Positions 28,545-39,508 of a DNA stretch of 64,000 nt are shown here, piece after piece. Source of the stretch: Methanocellales archaeon (GTDB taxonomy: Archaea > Halobacteriota > UBA148); contig JASEEV010000003.1 of the NCBI GenBank assembly GCA_030019435.1, forward strand, positions 2,376 through 66,375, written 5' to 3'. Position numbers and translations under genes: made by a program. The notes beneath the pieces are model-generated. The model ran no database searches. It was not told where the DNA came from and worked only from the letters and a program-made list of their open reading frames with translations. How positions within the stretch are numbered: the first letter of the stretch is position 1; each line of letters begins with the position of its first letter.

Positions 28545-29100
28545 GCACTTCCTCCTTCTTGCGTGCCTCTTCCAACCACTCCAGCTTGCCCAATGCGGTT
28601 TGGCGCATCGTCAGCCCGATCTTGCTCTCCCTGGGCTCTCTCTCGTTTAAGCTGACTGCCACAATCCTTGCTCTAAGAGCGTCGCCCTCAGCTAGTGCCC
28701 TGTTGCTTTCCTTGCCGACCAGGCGTGCATTTTTTTCATCATATGAGATATAATCATCAGCGATCTGACTAACATGGAGTAATCCATCGACAGGTCCCAT
28801 GCTAACGAACGCTCCAAATTCGACGATCTCCACGATATCGCCCTCAACGATCTCTTGCATCTCTGGTTTATACACGATCGCATCAAAGGTGACATCGTAG
28901 TATACGGCCCCATCGCCCACAAGGATGCGGCCCTCTCCTATATCAACGACATCGGTTATGGCCACAATGGAGCCAAGCGTTTTGTCAATTCTGCCCTCAA
29001 GCTTCTCCTCTAATGCTGATTCCACAACCTCCTCGATCTTACCGCCTAATTTCTCTGGCGGGATGCGTACCGTATCGATAAGCCTCATCTTTCTATACAT
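28537..29100 (-). CDS. rpoE: DNA-directed RNA polymerase subunit E' (Rpo7)
   Basis: An N-terminal RNP domain and a C-terminal S1 domain (EIVEGDIVEIVEFGAFVSMGPVDGLLHVSQI). Confidence 0.85.
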   Translation of the reverse strand: MYRKMRLIDTVRIPPEKLGGKIEEVVESALEEKLEGRIDKTLGSIVAITDVVDIGEGRILVGDGAVYYDVTFDAIVYKPEMQEIVEGDIVEIVEFGAFVSMGPVDGLLHVSQIADDYISYDEKNARLVGKESNRALAEGDALRARIVAVSLNEREPRESKIGLTMRQTALGKLEWLEEARKKEEVHE

Positions 29101-29452
29101 ATTCCAGCCTCTTTTTCTGACGCAAGTATATGGTAGTTATGCCCTTATCTTTTAATCGCTTTCTCAATTCTGCATCGTTCGTCACGACGGCAGCATTCAT
29201 ATCCTCAGCGATTTGGATGATCGCATCGTCCGTCCCTCCCTCTACATCGATGACCTCACATCGATCCAAGAGCGATAATGCGAGAGATGCAGCTGCTCTG
29301 TCACCACCTTTTTTGCATAGCATCTTCAGTTCACAGACGACTTGCTTGGGAACGATGAACCGATGATAGCCCAATTTTTCCAATTCTGAGAAGACATCAA
29401 CGCCAAATTGTCCTGGAATCATCAATGCGTTGGTGTCCATAATTGCGTTCAT
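29093..29452 (-). CDS. PIN-domain protein (Fcf1/Utp24-like, COG1412)
   Basis: MDTNALMIP start with acidic PIN residues. It lies in the conserved position between eIF2-gamma and rpoE. The true start is probably an internal Met. Confidence 0.55.
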   Translation of the reverse strand: MNAIMDTNALMIPGQFGVDVFSELEKLGYHRFIVPKQVVCELKMLCKKGGDRAAASLALSLLDRCEVIDVEGGTDDAIIQIAEDMNAAVVTNDAELRKRLKDKGITTIYLRQKKRLEYV

Positions 29453-30672
29453 AGGAGTACTCCAACCCCAATCAAACGCCATCTGGCGCCAATTCGTCTG
29501 CTAATCGCAACCCTTGATCCTGGCTGAACACAAACAGGTCGCTTTAGTTTGACTTCTACTTCATTATTTCTGACAGAGGACACGACTCCTATCGTGGTGG
29601 CGGTTCCAGCGCTGAGCATCAGTGGCTCACTTGTGCGTATGGGCTCTACCTCAGATTCTTCTGGCGCGCCAACAACTCTCTCAAGCAGTTGTACATTCAT
29701 CGTGAACTCATCCCAAACTGGTGGAAGTGAATCCAAGTGACCTGCCACTTGTCCTGCAAGTGCATCGCTTTTGGTCATAGATGGATCTAGCTTCGTTCCC
29801 ACGCCCAATAATCCTCCGGGCATGGCCTCCTTGATGCTTCGCCCCCCGGCCATTATCGTCGTGATCTGGGTGGTAATTGGAACCCAGTTTGTCTTGCCCT
29901 CAAAATCCACTTTTCTGCCAGGTCGGATCTCTAGCTGATCCTCAACCCTCAGCAGGCCTTGGCTCAGCGCTCCACCAATGACCCCACCAGTGATCTTATC
30001 TGGTGGGGTTCCAGGCTTGTTGACATCGAACGACCTGGCGATGAACATTTGCGCCGGTTTGTTCAAATCGTGTTCTGGCGTTGGAATATTTTCTTCGATT
30101 GCCTTGATCAGAACATCGGTGTTCGCATTCTGCTGCGCTGATATTGGCACTATTGGTGCATTTTCAGCCACTGTACCCTTCACAAACTCTTGTATTTGAT
30201 GATAATGCTTGATGTTTTCCTCTTTTGACATGAGATCGATCTTGTTTTGAGCAATTACAACATTTCTAACCCCGATTATGTCCAATGCCATCAGATGCTC
30301 CTTGGTCTGTGGCTGTGGACAAGGCTCACTCGCTGCAATGACCAGTACGGCACCGTCCATGAGCGCAGCACCACTTAGCATGGTCGCCATCAATGTTTCA
30401 TGACCAGGAGAGTCGACGAACGACACTGTGCGAAGCTCCTCTGTAGCAGAGCCGCAATGTGGGCACTTTTTTTCTATGGAATAGCAGTCAGGCTCCTCAC
30501 AACTGGGGCATTTTCGAAAGGTGGTATCTGCATAGCCTAGGCGTATTGATATGCCCCTCTTGAGCTCCTCACTATGCCGATCAGTCCAAACACCAGATAG
30601 GGCGCTGACTAGCGTGGTTTTACCATGGTCCACATGTCCTACCATGCCGATGTTAACACAGGGTTGTTTCAA
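29449..30672 (-). CDS. eif2g: translation initiation factor 2 subunit gamma
   Basis: [11 protein letters not shown]1 motif, NKID G4, and a Cys zinc knuckle (CPSCEEPDC…CPHCG). Confidence 0.9.
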   Translation of the reverse strand: MKQPCVNIGMVGHVDHGKTTLVSALSGVWTDRHSEELKRGISIRLGYADTTFRKCPSCEEPDCYSIEKKCPHCGSATEELRTVSFVDSPGHETLMATMLSGAALMDGAVLVIAASEPCPQPQTKEHLMALDIIGVRNVVIAQNKIDLMSKEENIKHYHQIQEFVKGTVAENAPIVPISAQQNANTDVLIKAIEENIPTPEHDLNKPAQMFIARSFDVNKPGTPPDKITGGVIGGALSQGLLRVEDQLEIRPGRKVDFEGKTNWVPITTQITTIMAGGRSIKEAMPGGLLGVGTKLDPSMTKSDALAGQVAGHLDSLPPVWDEFTMNVQLLERVVGAPEESEVEPIRTSEPLMLSAGTATTIGVVSSVRNNEVEVKLKRPVCVQPGSRVAISRRIGARWRLIGVGVLL

Positions 30673-30736
30673 GCTTTACCTCCAACAAAAGTGATGTCAT
30701 ATGTTCTTGCTCATCGCATATAATAATATCTTGTAT

Positions 30737-31609
30737 TTACTCGGTGATGATCCTACACCCATCTTTTTCTACGATGACCGTATGCTCTGCCTGTGAGATC
30801 AAGCCCCCTGCATCCTCCTTGAGCACTGGATAGGCATACACGATGCCCATCCTCTCCAACTGATTCAGTATGAAATCTAGGCGGGGCTGGGGCAACCATC
30901 TCTTCGCAAAGGGAAGCGTTCTGTACGCTTCGATCTCTCTCAACAATTTTCTCGCTGCTGGAAGGCGAACTGGCTTCGGCGTCTCCAACCGATAAATTTC
31001 CACAGAGCCACTCTCTGAGACGTGTCCTGCACCGTTCGTAGCAAACGGTTCGATCGCTATTATATCACCTTCTTTGAGGATGGCTCCATGCAAAACGGAT
31101 TTGTTTGGGATGGATGGAGATGCATGTTGATCCCATCTCGCTAAGGCATGCCCAGTGAGATTCGCAACTGGTCTGTAGCCAAAACTTTCTATGGTACTTT
31201 CGATCACAGCACCGATTTCTGTGGTGCTTATGCCAGCATGGGTGATCTCTATTGCAGATCGCAACGCCGCTCTGGAAGCTTCCACCAAATCTGCATTGTC
31301 GCTCAGGTCAACGGTAACAGCCGTATCGGCAATATAGCCGTCCACATGTACGCCAATATCAAGCTTGACCATATCTTCTCCAAACACGGAGATATCATTG
31401 GCGGAAGGTGTTGCATGCGCTGCCTCATCGTTCCTGGATATGTTGCATGGAAATGCAGGCTGTGCACCTTTCTCACTGATGATGTTCTCCACGAACTCAG
31501 CAACGCCTAACAAAGATGCTCCGACCTTCACCTTATCCATCGCCTCCGCCCTAACATCAGCCAGGATTTTGCCTGCCAGCTCATATTTACTTAGGACATC
31601 GTTCATCAT
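30737..31609 (-). CDS. map: methionine aminopeptidase, type 2 (archaeal)
   Basis: 290 aa with a pita-bread fold and metal ligands (D…D…H…E…E pattern). Confidence 0.85.
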   Translation of the reverse strand: MMNDVLSKYELAGKILADVRAEAMDKVKVGASLLGVAEFVENIISEKGAQPAFPCNISRNDEAAHATPSANDISVFGEDMVKLDIGVHVDGYIADTAVTVDLSDNADLVEASRAALRSAIEITHAGISTTEIGAVIESTIESFGYRPVANLTGHALARWDQHASPSIPNKSVLHGAILKEGDIIAIEPFATNGAGHVSESGSVEIYRLETPKPVRLPAARKLLREIEAYRTLPFAKRWLPQPRLDFILNQLERMGIVYAYPVLKEDAGGLISQAEHTVIVEKDGCRIITE

Positions 31610-32712
31610 ATCACCAATTGCTTTGGAAATCTCGTGAGATTTCTGTATCCGTTGGCAGTCACAAGTACCAAGTCCTCTAACCTAACACCTCCAAGCTTGG
31701 GGTCATACAACCCTGGCTCAACCGTGATGACGTTGCCAACTTTCAGCTCACCCCCGCCTTCAGCTAAGGATGGTGCCTCGTGAACCTCCAGACCGACGCC
31801 ATGCCCAGTAGAATGAATGAACTCATAGCCCCTTTCCTGAAACAGATCGCATACCGCCCCATGGACCTCTTTTCCCGTCACACCAGCCCTGATCTTGCTG
31901 AGCACAATGTTCTGCGCATCCAAGACTGCTTGGTACATTTCCTCTGTCTCATTCGTTGGATTGCCCCTGAGGACGGTGCGCGTCATGTCAGCATGGTAAC
32001 GCTCTTTCTTGAGATATGGAAATATGTCGATGATGATCGGTGCGTTTATCTTCAGCGCTCCAGATCCAGAGCAGTGAGGATCAGATGATTGTTCTCCAGA
32101 GGCTACGATGATATCCTCGGCTCCACACCCTTGCTCGATCAACGTATGCTCGATGATGGATTTTACCCCTTCTGCTGTTAGGCTCAAAACATCTTTATCG
32201 ATCTTAGCCCTCTGAATCGCATCTATGGCAACGCGCATAGCATGCTCGCATGCTCGTTGTGCCCTTTTGATGCTCTCGATCTCGGCTCGATTTTTGACCT
32301 CTCTTAGCTCCTCCAATAGCCTAACTGGCACTATCTCGAAATCATGCAACTCGCTTGCGATGAAAAATGGAAAATCCCTTGGCACCGCTATGCGTTTCAC
32401 CCCCTCTTTATTGAGCACGTCTTTCAGCAGTTCTGAGCACGCCTTCTGAGCGTCCTTGTATTTTTTCAATAACTCCAGCATGCCATACTCAGCAGCAGAT
32501 CTCACGTCCCTGATCTTCGACTCCTTTCTCGCCCTGCTGAATTCCATCTGCGAGACGATGATGAATTCCGCTCCATCCCTTTTAAGGTAAACAAACGGGT
32601 CTGGCGCCAAAAAATTTGTCAGATAGAACATATTTGCATCATGGATGCTATCGCCTACAAGCAGCAATGCGTCTACGTTTTCCTTCCTAAGGCGCTTCTC
32701 TAGCCCCTTCAT
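31606..32712 (-). CDS. M24-family Xaa-Pro aminopeptidase/dipeptidase
   Basis: [13 protein letters not shown] and a C-terminal GGVRLED. Confidence 0.8.
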   Translation of the reverse strand: MKGLEKRLRKENVDALLLVGDSIHDANMFYLTNFLAPDPFVYLKRDGAEFIIVSQMEFSRARKESKIRDVRSAAEYGMLELLKKYKDAQKACSELLKDVLNKEGVKRIAVPRDFPFFIASELHDFEIVPVRLLEELREVKNRAEIESIKRAQRACEHAMRVAIDAIQRAKIDKDVLSLTAEGVKSIIEHTLIEQGCGAEDIIVASGEQSSDPHCSGSGALKINAPIIIDIFPYLKKERYHADMTRTVLRGNPTNETEEMYQAVLDAQNIVLSKIRAGVTGKEVHGAVCDLFQERGYEFIHSTGHGVGLEVHEAPSLAEGGGELKVGNVITVEPGLYDPKLGGVRLEDLVLVTANGYRNLTRFPKQLVI

Positions 32713-32769
32713 GTCATTTGCATAGGTCTTATCATAACTTTAATATTTCCTCAGTGCAGCTAAGTTAAC

Positions 32770-33459
32770 ATGAAAAAACGGCTTGCGATTTTAATCGCAC
32801 TCATGATCATCATGACCACGGTGATGGGATGCCTAGAGCCGAGAGAAGCAGTGGCGGCAAGAGTGGATCCTAAAACCCTGAGTGAATTGGGTTGGGTCCA
32901 AGTAGGAGATGTGAAAAAAGATACCATCGAGATGGAGTGGGCAGTCACCCTAACGATAAATCTAGCTACACTATCCTACAAGGATGAAGAACTAGAGAGC
33001 AGAATAAAGCAAGGAATATCCGAGCAAATCTCAGGCATCACATCTATGCTGATGACCGTACGATTGGCATTGCCAGTCGGTCTAGATTTTTTGGCAAACC
33101 AATTAATTGATAGCGCATTTGATCTGATCGAACCCCAGATGATAAGCACGGTCCAAGACATGGGGGTATCCGACTTTCATAGAACTGGTGACACGAGCTT
33201 CAAAAATGTGCATGGAGAGACCGTGAAAGCACGTGTCTATGAGGGCACTCTGAACTATGATGGATCTATTAGGGTCAAAGGAGTCCTAGCGATATGGGGT
33301 AGTGACGGCTCCATAGTGGCCACTGCTGGGTTTGTGCCATACGAGGATCTAACATACACCACAGAAATTGAGGGGAAGCAAGTAACCAAAACCTTCCTCA
33401 AAATAGACGGAGATGCGGAATTCGACGAAGTGATCACATTGATGCAGAACGTGGCGTGA
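32770..33459 (+). CDS. secreted/lipoprotein-like hypothetical protein
   Basis: A signal peptide with a lipobox-like MGC at residues 19-21. Confidence 0.4.
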   Translation: MKKRLAILIALMIIMTTVMGCLEPREAVAARVDPKTLSELGWVQVGDVKKDTIEMEWAVTLTINLATLSYKDEELESRIKQGISEQISGITSMLMTVRLALPVGLDFLANQLIDSAFDLIEPQMISTVQDMGVSDFHRTGDTSFKNVHGETVKARVYEGTLNYDGSIRVKGVLAIWGSDGSIVATAGFVPYEDLTYTTEIEGKQVTKTFLKIDGDAEFDEVITLMQNVA

Positions 33460-34795
33460 ACTACTCCCAGCTATCGCAGGGAGCTTCCTGCTTCTACCAC
33501 CGAGCTTGCGTCTATATGACGTAGAGGCTCAATGTCCACAGGCGTATATTCGGTCTGTCCCATGCCTACTTTTTCTAATCCTCTTTCTAATACGTTCAAG
33601 GATGCATTGTAGTCCCTGTCCAACTCTCCATATTTATAGATCTGAGATGTACCTCTCGGATTTACCTTCACAATTATCTTACCAGCGTTCCCGGCTTTGT
33701 AAGACAGCATTCCTGCAAAGGCAGACCATGCAACATCCGAGATTGAGCGTGCCAGATGACTTCTAACCATCCCCTTCACGTTCAGATTCTCCATCACTAT
33801 CAGATCATAGCTATCAACATAATATCTCGAAAGCTTGTGCAGGAAGTCATTCCGCTGATTCACTATTCTTTCGTGGACTTTGGCGACCTTTACCCTTTGT
33901 TTGTCTCTATTCTTTGATCCCTTCTTCTTTCTTGATAACTTTCTTTGCTCCTTTCTCAACTTTTTCAAGGTCTTTTTCAGACAATGCGGATTCTCTATTT
34001 GTACTCCATCCGAGTCCGTCACAAAGTGTGTTATTCCCATATCCAGTCCAACTGCCCTCTGGATAGACTTTTCTTCAACTTTACGCTCATCTTCAATCAG
34101 GCAAACCATTTCCCAAATCTATGCCTTTTGATCGTGATTTGTTTTATCTTTCCCTCAACATCTCTGTGAGTCCTGATTGGAATATCTCCGATTTTGGAAA
34201 GATGTAGCCTATCTAATCGTTTGCCTGTTTCGATGACCTTGAAGCCAGACTGATTGTATGTAAATGTCTTGAACCATCCTTTACCCTTGAACCTCAGTTT
34301 TCCGATTTTCTTACCATTCTTTTTCAACATTGCCAGCGATCTGAGATTTGAGAACAGCCGATACACCTCGTATTGCAGAACTTTTGCATAGATGTTCTTG
34401 AGTTCTGGGTGCTCTTCCTTGAGACTTGGCAATCTGGACTGTAGCTCCAGTCTATCTGGTTTTTCTTGCCCATTCAGACCTTCGAGCATCTGATTGTATA
34501 CAAAAGCTGCATCTATCGAGAGTCCATAATAGCCTCTCTTCTTGCTCCTTTGTTGGATACAGCCTGAACTTATAGGTCAGTTGCATTCTTCAGCCAGCTC
34601 CATCAACTTCTTTAGAAATTTAAGGTTGTTTTTTGCTCTGAACTTGAGCTTCAGCTCACGAAACCTCCAAAGGGTTTCCTCATCCACATTGATGTTTATA
34701 CTTGGCATTCTAAATATACTTAGAACCCTAAGATATAAATAAGTTTCGGCTCTCATCCCCTCCCTTTCGGAAGGGGAGTTCCTGCCGATTAAGTT
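33460..34795 (-). mobile_element. decayed IS200/IS605-family element (TnpB only, no TnpA)
   Basis: It contains the tnpB pseudogene. A hairpin with a TCGG loop at 34761-34776 and a small RHH-like ORF lie at the upstream end. The element sits between two convergent or unrelated host genes. Confidence 0.5.
33471..34586 (-). pseudogene. tnpB: tnpB (IS605 OrfB / RNA-guided nuclease ancestor) split by at least two frameshifts
   Basis: My own translation from ATG 34586 gives MQLTYKFRLYPTKEQEERLLWTLDRC. A frameshift at a T4 run near 34497 leads into the 130-aa ORF (RFKGKGW…GKIKQITIKR). A second shift at 34097-34109 leads into the 212-aa RuvC-like C-terminal ORF. Confidence 0.7.
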
Positions 34796-36221
34796 AAAAT
34801 TCATCATCCTGGGCATAGCTTCTCCCAAATCTCAGCGCGAGCTCTGCTTTCATTAACTCGCGCCCAAGATAAGCGGCATGCTCCAACATGGATACCAATC
34901 CCAGATCCGATATCGTATCGAAAATGGCTTTCGCGCTGGTGCCGATGATGGATGTATCATCGTGCTTGGCGACGATCTGCCCATCTTGGAGAGCGATGCT
35001 GAAACAGCCCTTTGGATCTTGTTGGAATGCATGAGGTTTTGCTTTGATCGGCTTGCTGATTTCGATCTCGCTTGTTCGGCGCCTTTTTTCCTTGATGACC
35101 AATAGATCGAGTCCAAGATCCTTTGGCGTCGTACCTCTCGCTCTTGCGAGGAGCATCATCTGTGCTGCTGTCTTCAGCTCATAAATGCTTCCGCTAGTTT
35201 TATCGCTATATTGAGGAGTGAAAAGTACGCTGGCATCCAGTTCCATCGCCATTCCAGCTAAGGTTGCATTGATGCCAATGGCATCGGCATCCATCAGCTC
35301 GGTGACGTTTCCAACCCCAAAGAACAATGGCAGATCGCTGGTTTGCCTGAACTTATAATACGACACCAGGGAATCGATCAATCCCTGCCCAATAGGGCGC
35401 AGGATGGGATCTGCGATGATCCTCTCGATCCCAATCTCTTGTGCCAACCTGATGTTTCTCTGCAGAGACCCCAGATCGCTATCTGGTATGATCACCGCCG
35501 CTATGCCTTGATCTGCAATTGCCTTGCCGACTGCTTCTATGTTCTCGCTGTTCAAACTGAGCACCATATCGATATCTTCCAGGGCAGCGAGGATTAAGTC
35601 TGGATCAAGGGTGTCAATGCTGATCGGGATGCCCAAGGACGAGACGGCTTCTGTTGCATTTATGACCTCAGACGGAGTAGCATCCATTGCAACACCTAGA
35701 TCGATGATATCAGCACCATGTGCGATGAAGTCATGAGCGACCCTCAGAAGTTCGTCTCTCTGCATGCGCGTCGCATCCACAACTTCGCACATCACCTTCA
35801 TCACCGAGTTGCCGCCGATCTTCAGATCCCTGAGCTTAAATTTGTACTTCGCATCCCTCTCTAGTTCGTTGACTTTGTTCACCGCTTCGTCGTATTTTTT
35901 AGCAGACAACAGCTGACAAGCCGGTATCGTGTGAGAGAATTCAACAGTACCTACATGCGACAGCACAATGTCCAGGTCACATGCATGCTTGGGACCAAGT
36001 CTGATTTTCACACCAGTCTCCTTTTCCAGCTTCGAGAAATCACCAGACGACAAGCCAGGTACAAGGATCAGATCATAATCGAGGTTAGGGATGGAACGCA
36101 GTAGATCTGGTGTAACAAATGCTGCCACATCCACACCCAACAGGAGCACCTCTGCACTATCGCCTACTGCTTTTTTTACCGTCTGATAAGCCTTGCGTCC
36201 GGTCACCACTAGGACTTTCAT
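34794..36221 (-). CDS. dihydropteroate synthase-like pterin-binding protein (methanopterin/folate biosynthesis), with C-terminal extension
   Basis: The central pterin-binding TIM-barrel segment (IIDLG…SIDT…GVGNVTE) and the 475-aa length resemble methanogen DHPS-related proteins. Confidence 0.5.
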   Translation of the reverse strand: MKVLVVTGRKAYQTVKKAVGDSAEVLLLGVDVAAFVTPDLLRSIPNLDYDLILVPGLSSGDFSKLEKETGVKIRLGPKHACDLDIVLSHVGTVEFSHTIPACQLLSAKKYDEAVNKVNELERDAKYKFKLRDLKIGGNSVMKVMCEVVDATRMQRDELLRVAHDFIAHGADIIDLGVAMDATPSEVINATEAVSSLGIPISIDTLDPDLILAALEDIDMVLSLNSENIEAVGKAIADQGIAAVIIPDSDLGSLQRNIRLAQEIGIERIIADPILRPIGQGLIDSLVSYYKFRQTSDLPLFFGVGNVTELMDADAIGINATLAGMAMELDASVLFTPQYSDKTSGSIYELKTAAQMMLLARARGTTPKDLGLDLLVIKEKRRRTSEIEISKPIKAKPHAFQQDPKGCFSIALQDGQIVAKHDDTSIIGTSAKAIFDTISDLGLVSMLEHAAYLGRELMKAELALRFGRSYAQDDEF

Positions 36222-36256
36222 GTGTATATATTATATCTTTTTAAGACAAAACCCTG

Positions 36257-36934
36257 TTGATGGTGCTCAAATTTGATCTCCATGTCCACTCAGGGTACTC
36301 GCATGACGGTCACGACTCCATTGATACGATCCTCCAGCGAGCTAAAGAAATTGGATTGGATGGAATCGCGATCACCGACCATGATACTATCCAGGGCGGA
36401 CTCATCGGAATCCAAAGGGCAAAGGAGTTAGATCTTGACTTGATGGTGATTCCTGGGGTGGAGATATCAACGACCAAAGGGCACCTCATCGTGTTGGGCA
36501 TTACCGATGAGATCCCCCCAGGCATGTCTCTGGAGAGAACCATCGAGATGGCAAGGGATCTGGGTGGAACGGTAATCGTGCCACACCCATTTCATCCGTT
36601 TCGCCATGGGCTGGGATACATTCCAGAGGACATAGATGCGGTTGAGATATACAACTCCAGGTTTATCATAGGCTATTCTAATGAGAAAGCAAGAAAACTG
36701 GCTGTGGAGGGGAACATACCAACGGTGGCAGGATCCGATGCACATATAGCAGAGATGATCGGATATGCCATAACGGAGATCAACGCTGCGCCTTCTGTTG
36801 ATAAAATACTCCAAGCGATCAGGGCAGGAGATGCACAGGTCAAGGGGGAGATGACTCCACTGCGATTGTTCGCCAAACAAACTTTAAAGGCCGTTTTTCG
36901 CTATACGCGACGATTTCTTTCAGAACACCTTTAG
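36257..36934 (+). CDS. PHP-domain metal-dependent phosphoesterase
   Basis: DLHVHSGYSHDG, ITDHD, and a C-terminal GSDAH. Confidence 0.7.
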   Translation: MMVLKFDLHVHSGYSHDGHDSIDTILQRAKEIGLDGIAITDHDTIQGGLIGIQRAKELDLDLMVIPGVEISTTKGHLIVLGITDEIPPGMSLERTIEMARDLGGTVIVPHPFHPFRHGLGYIPEDIDAVEIYNSRFIIGYSNEKARKLAVEGNIPTVAGSDAHIAEMIGYAITEINAAPSVDKILQAIRAGDAQVKGEMTPLRLFAKQTLKAVFRYTRRFLSEHL

Positions 36935-37603
36935 CATCTCACTCGGATGTTCTAAGACGGTGATACCTTTCATGGATCGCAGCATATCAACATTTTTGGC
37001 ATCGATCTCACGCACTCTAAACTCGATGAACCCGCCCTTGATAGCACCATAGGGACAGTAGTTCGCACAGACGCCACATCCATCGCATCTTAGGAGATCG
37101 ATTTGCTCATCAATGGCGCCTTGCGGGCACTTTCTTTTGGGGATGCAGTCATCGCACTTTTCGCACATTTCTCTATCCATAAAATATGGCATCTCAGACT
37201 TGATTTCACCAGATACGTCCACTGGCATGATATAGACCGATGTCCCACCCTTAGCAGCTTGTGCAACCGCATTTGTGATCAATGAATCGGAGATTCCGTG
37301 CACGATCTTTGCAACCGTATTAGAGGTCGCTGGCGAGATCACCAATGCATCATATTTTCCCAAAAGAAAGCGTCCGGTCTTTGGAAAACTCCTGCCCGCC
37401 TCACTTTCTAGGAAGATCTCCTCCATATAGCTGCCGCCAGATATCTCGACCAATTTATCAAGCAAGCCATACATTCGTAACACCTCCTCTCCCGCACCTG
37501 AAACGAGGATGGTGACTTGATGATCCTCTGACAACTTCTTGAAAACCTCATAGCTCTCTCGCAGAAAATGTCCTGCGCCAGTGATCCCCCATGCGATGTT
37601 CAT
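36920..37603 (-). CDS. flavoprotein (HFCD fold) with C-terminal 2x[4Fe-4S] ferredoxin domain; DmrX/AfpA-like dihydromethanopterin reductase candidate
   Basis: An N-terminal flavoprotein region (GITGAGHF…VSGAG) plus CEKCDDCIPKRKCP and CDGCGVCANYCP. Confidence 0.45.
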   Translation of the reverse strand: MNIAWGITGAGHFLRESYEVFKKLSEDHQVTILVSGAGEEVLRMYGLLDKLVEISGGSYMEEIFLESEAGRSFPKTGRFLLGKYDALVISPATSNTVAKIVHGISDSLITNAVAQAAKGGTSVYIMPVDVSGEIKSEMPYFMDREMCEKCDDCIPKRKCPQGAIDEQIDLLRCDGCGVCANYCPYGAIKGGFIEFRVREIDAKNVDMLRSMKGITVLEHPSEMLKVF

Positions 37604-38160
37604 TTCAAGAACTCCTTTAATTTGCGCATCGCATCTTTCTCTCTACGACCGCCACATTCTCTCACGATCTCCTCGTAGTGTTCGATCCGCCGAAGGTACT
37701 TTGGGTCTTTCATAGCCAAATATCGCGTGGCATGGATCGTTGCCTCGATTACGGCGTTGAAGCCACGATTGACGGGCTGGATGGATCTTTGTATGATCTT
37801 TCCCCTCAGAGGACGTAGGTTTACGGTAGCACGCTCTGGATGATCCTCCATACTACATTCAAATGCAACCCATGCCTTTGCATCCTTCAGCACTGGAACG
37901 TCATCCTCCATGCGAAACTCCTCAAGAGGGAGCTCCATAAATGCAGACAACACGAACAGCAGTGGATCATCCACTATGTTTGCAACCAATTTTTTTGTGG
38001 TCTTAACATTGGCATATGTCTGAGTGTTGGTGTATATCCTAGCGTACAGGTTGCCATCAGAGATTATTCCGATCGGCGCAGCGTTTGGCTTTCCAGATTT
38101 GGAGGTGGTAGTAGCTATGATCTCTGATGTGCCCCTAAATCCAAACTCATGTATATTCAT
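37600..38160 (-). CDS. DUF447-like hypothetical protein
   Basis: 186 aa, overlapping both neighbours by 4 nt, so it is operonic with the flavoprotein and the CitG-like gene. Confidence 0.3.
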   Translation of the reverse strand: MNIHEFGFRGTSEIIATTTSKSGKPNAAPIGIISDGNLYARIYTNTQTYANVKTTKKLVANIVDDPLLFVLSAFMELPLEEFRMEDDVPVLKDAKAWVAFECSMEDHPERATVNLRPLRGKIIQRSIQPVNRGFNAVIEATIHATRYLAMKDPKYLRRIEHYEEIVRECGGRREKDAMRKLKEFLK

Positions 38161-38993
38161 AGCTTCACTCCTCCTAGAAGAGCTATGAACAATGATCCAA
38201 TCACAATATCGGCAGTGGACCCAGGGTTGACTCCTTCTTGGATCAACTCCTCATCGAAATCTCGTATTGCATCAAGATCCCATTTTTCTATCATCTGAGA
38301 TGCTCTCTTAGAGACTTCTATTGCCTTTTTCATCCCAAACTTGCTCTGGACCAAAGCATCTGGTTGCTCTGAGAGCAACGTTAGATACGTGAACACGATC
38401 GCATCATTCATGCTCATTTCCTTCAACTTTTCCTCCAAAACAGAGGCTCCCTTAAACGCCCTCTGAAAACCACTGATCCATTCATGCGCTATTGCATCAT
38501 ATCCAGCAGAGATCCTCATAACATCATATAGCATCAAGCCCCTTCTTCTGAGCTCGTTGATCGAATTTGGATCATCTATGCTCAGATCTTTGACATCGCG
38601 CACATGGACGTCGACGCATTGAAATGCCTTGTAGAGCTCAACAGCATCCTCCACAGAAGTATCTTGCACGATCTCGGTGACGCTTTTGATGTCACCATTT
38701 CCAGCTGCCATAACCAGGGGGACTAAAAGGAGGAATGCGCCAAAATGGGTGTTCCCCCCACTCTGCCATCTGACGCTCTCCTCGACTGCTTCTCTGATGA
38801 AAGATCCCATATCCTTTTGGGCTATGGCAGCTCTCTCAAGTACTGGACCAGCGCCTATAGCGGACGCCAGGAAGTGCTCATACTTCGTATCATCAAAATC
38901 ATGATCCCTGTCGACGTTTCCAGGCTTTGGCGATGCAGACACTTCTAAGATCATGGCGAGTTGTGCGCATCGTGCAATATGAGTAGGATTCAT
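38157..38993 (-). CDS. triphosphoribosyl-dephospho-CoA synthase (CitG/MdcB)-like protein
   Basis: N-terminus LEVSASPKPGNVDRDHDFDDT resembles CitG. Confidence 0.5.
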   Translation of the reverse strand: MNPTHIARCAQLAMILEVSASPKPGNVDRDHDFDDTKYEHFLASAIGAGPVLERAAIAQKDMGSFIREAVEESVRWQSGGNTHFGAFLLLVPLVMAAGNGDIKSVTEIVQDTSVEDAVELYKAFQCVDVHVRDVKDLSIDDPNSINELRRRGLMLYDVMRISAGYDAIAHEWISGFQRAFKGASVLEEKLKEMSMNDAIVFTYLTLLSEQPDALVQSKFGMKKAIEVSKRASQMIEKWDLDAIRDFDEELIQEGVNPGSTADIVIGSLFIALLGGVKL

Positions 38994-39013
38994 GTTTATA
39001 CTCCATGAACGCT

Positions 39014-39394
39014 CTATGCTGGTACCACATATGTTCCAGCGATCTTGTCATGCCATCCTTGGTGATTCTCATCGATGACGATCCATAGGAATCCTAGGTA
39101 GATTACGATCGTAGATATTATCATGCCGATCCATCTGAAGAATCCTTTAACGTATCCAATTGGGTAGGTTCCATCTGTTCCGATCAATTTTATCTTCACG
39201 GCCATCATGCTTGGTGTCTGCCCAGTGCCGAAGAAGTATGTGAAATATGCCAATTCGATGATCGTAGTTGACACCAACGGCGTTGCACCTCTACCCAAGC
39301 TCGCTCCTAAGACAGAACCGACTACACCCAAAATCACTGCGTCCACTAACCAAGAGACAAACCTAACTCCAGCACCCGAAGTCTTTTCAACCAC
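39014..39394 (-). CDS. RDD-family membrane protein
   Basis: RWIGMIIS…GWHDKIAGTYVV motif pattern. Confidence 0.55.
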   Translation of the reverse strand: MVEKTSGAGVRFVSWLVDAVILGVVGSVLGASLGRGATPLVSTTIIELAYFTYFFGTGQTPSMMAVKIKLIGTDGTYPIGYVKGFFRWIGMIISTIVIYLGFLWIVIDENHQGWHDKIAGTYVVPA

Positions 39395-39508
39395 GTTCTC
39401 ACTCCCTAGTTAATCGGTTTTAACACCGCTTAAAGCTTGCTTTGGATAAGTCTCTGATTAAAATCGACATTTTCCAGTGCACGCAAGTATTTATCCGATA
39501 AAAAAGAG

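Noticed and set aside
34761-34776. Hairpin as intrinsic terminator of the DHPS-like gene
   Set aside because: No downstream oligo-T tract on the transcribed strand. It is more consistent with an IS sub-terminal structure.
34577-34828. 83-aa minus-strand ORF as an intact gene
   Set aside because: Its N-terminal half is implausible and it overlaps both the DHPS-like gene end and the tnpB start. Only the C-terminal ~43 aa (RHH-like) might be real, so it is kept as a note inside the IS finding.
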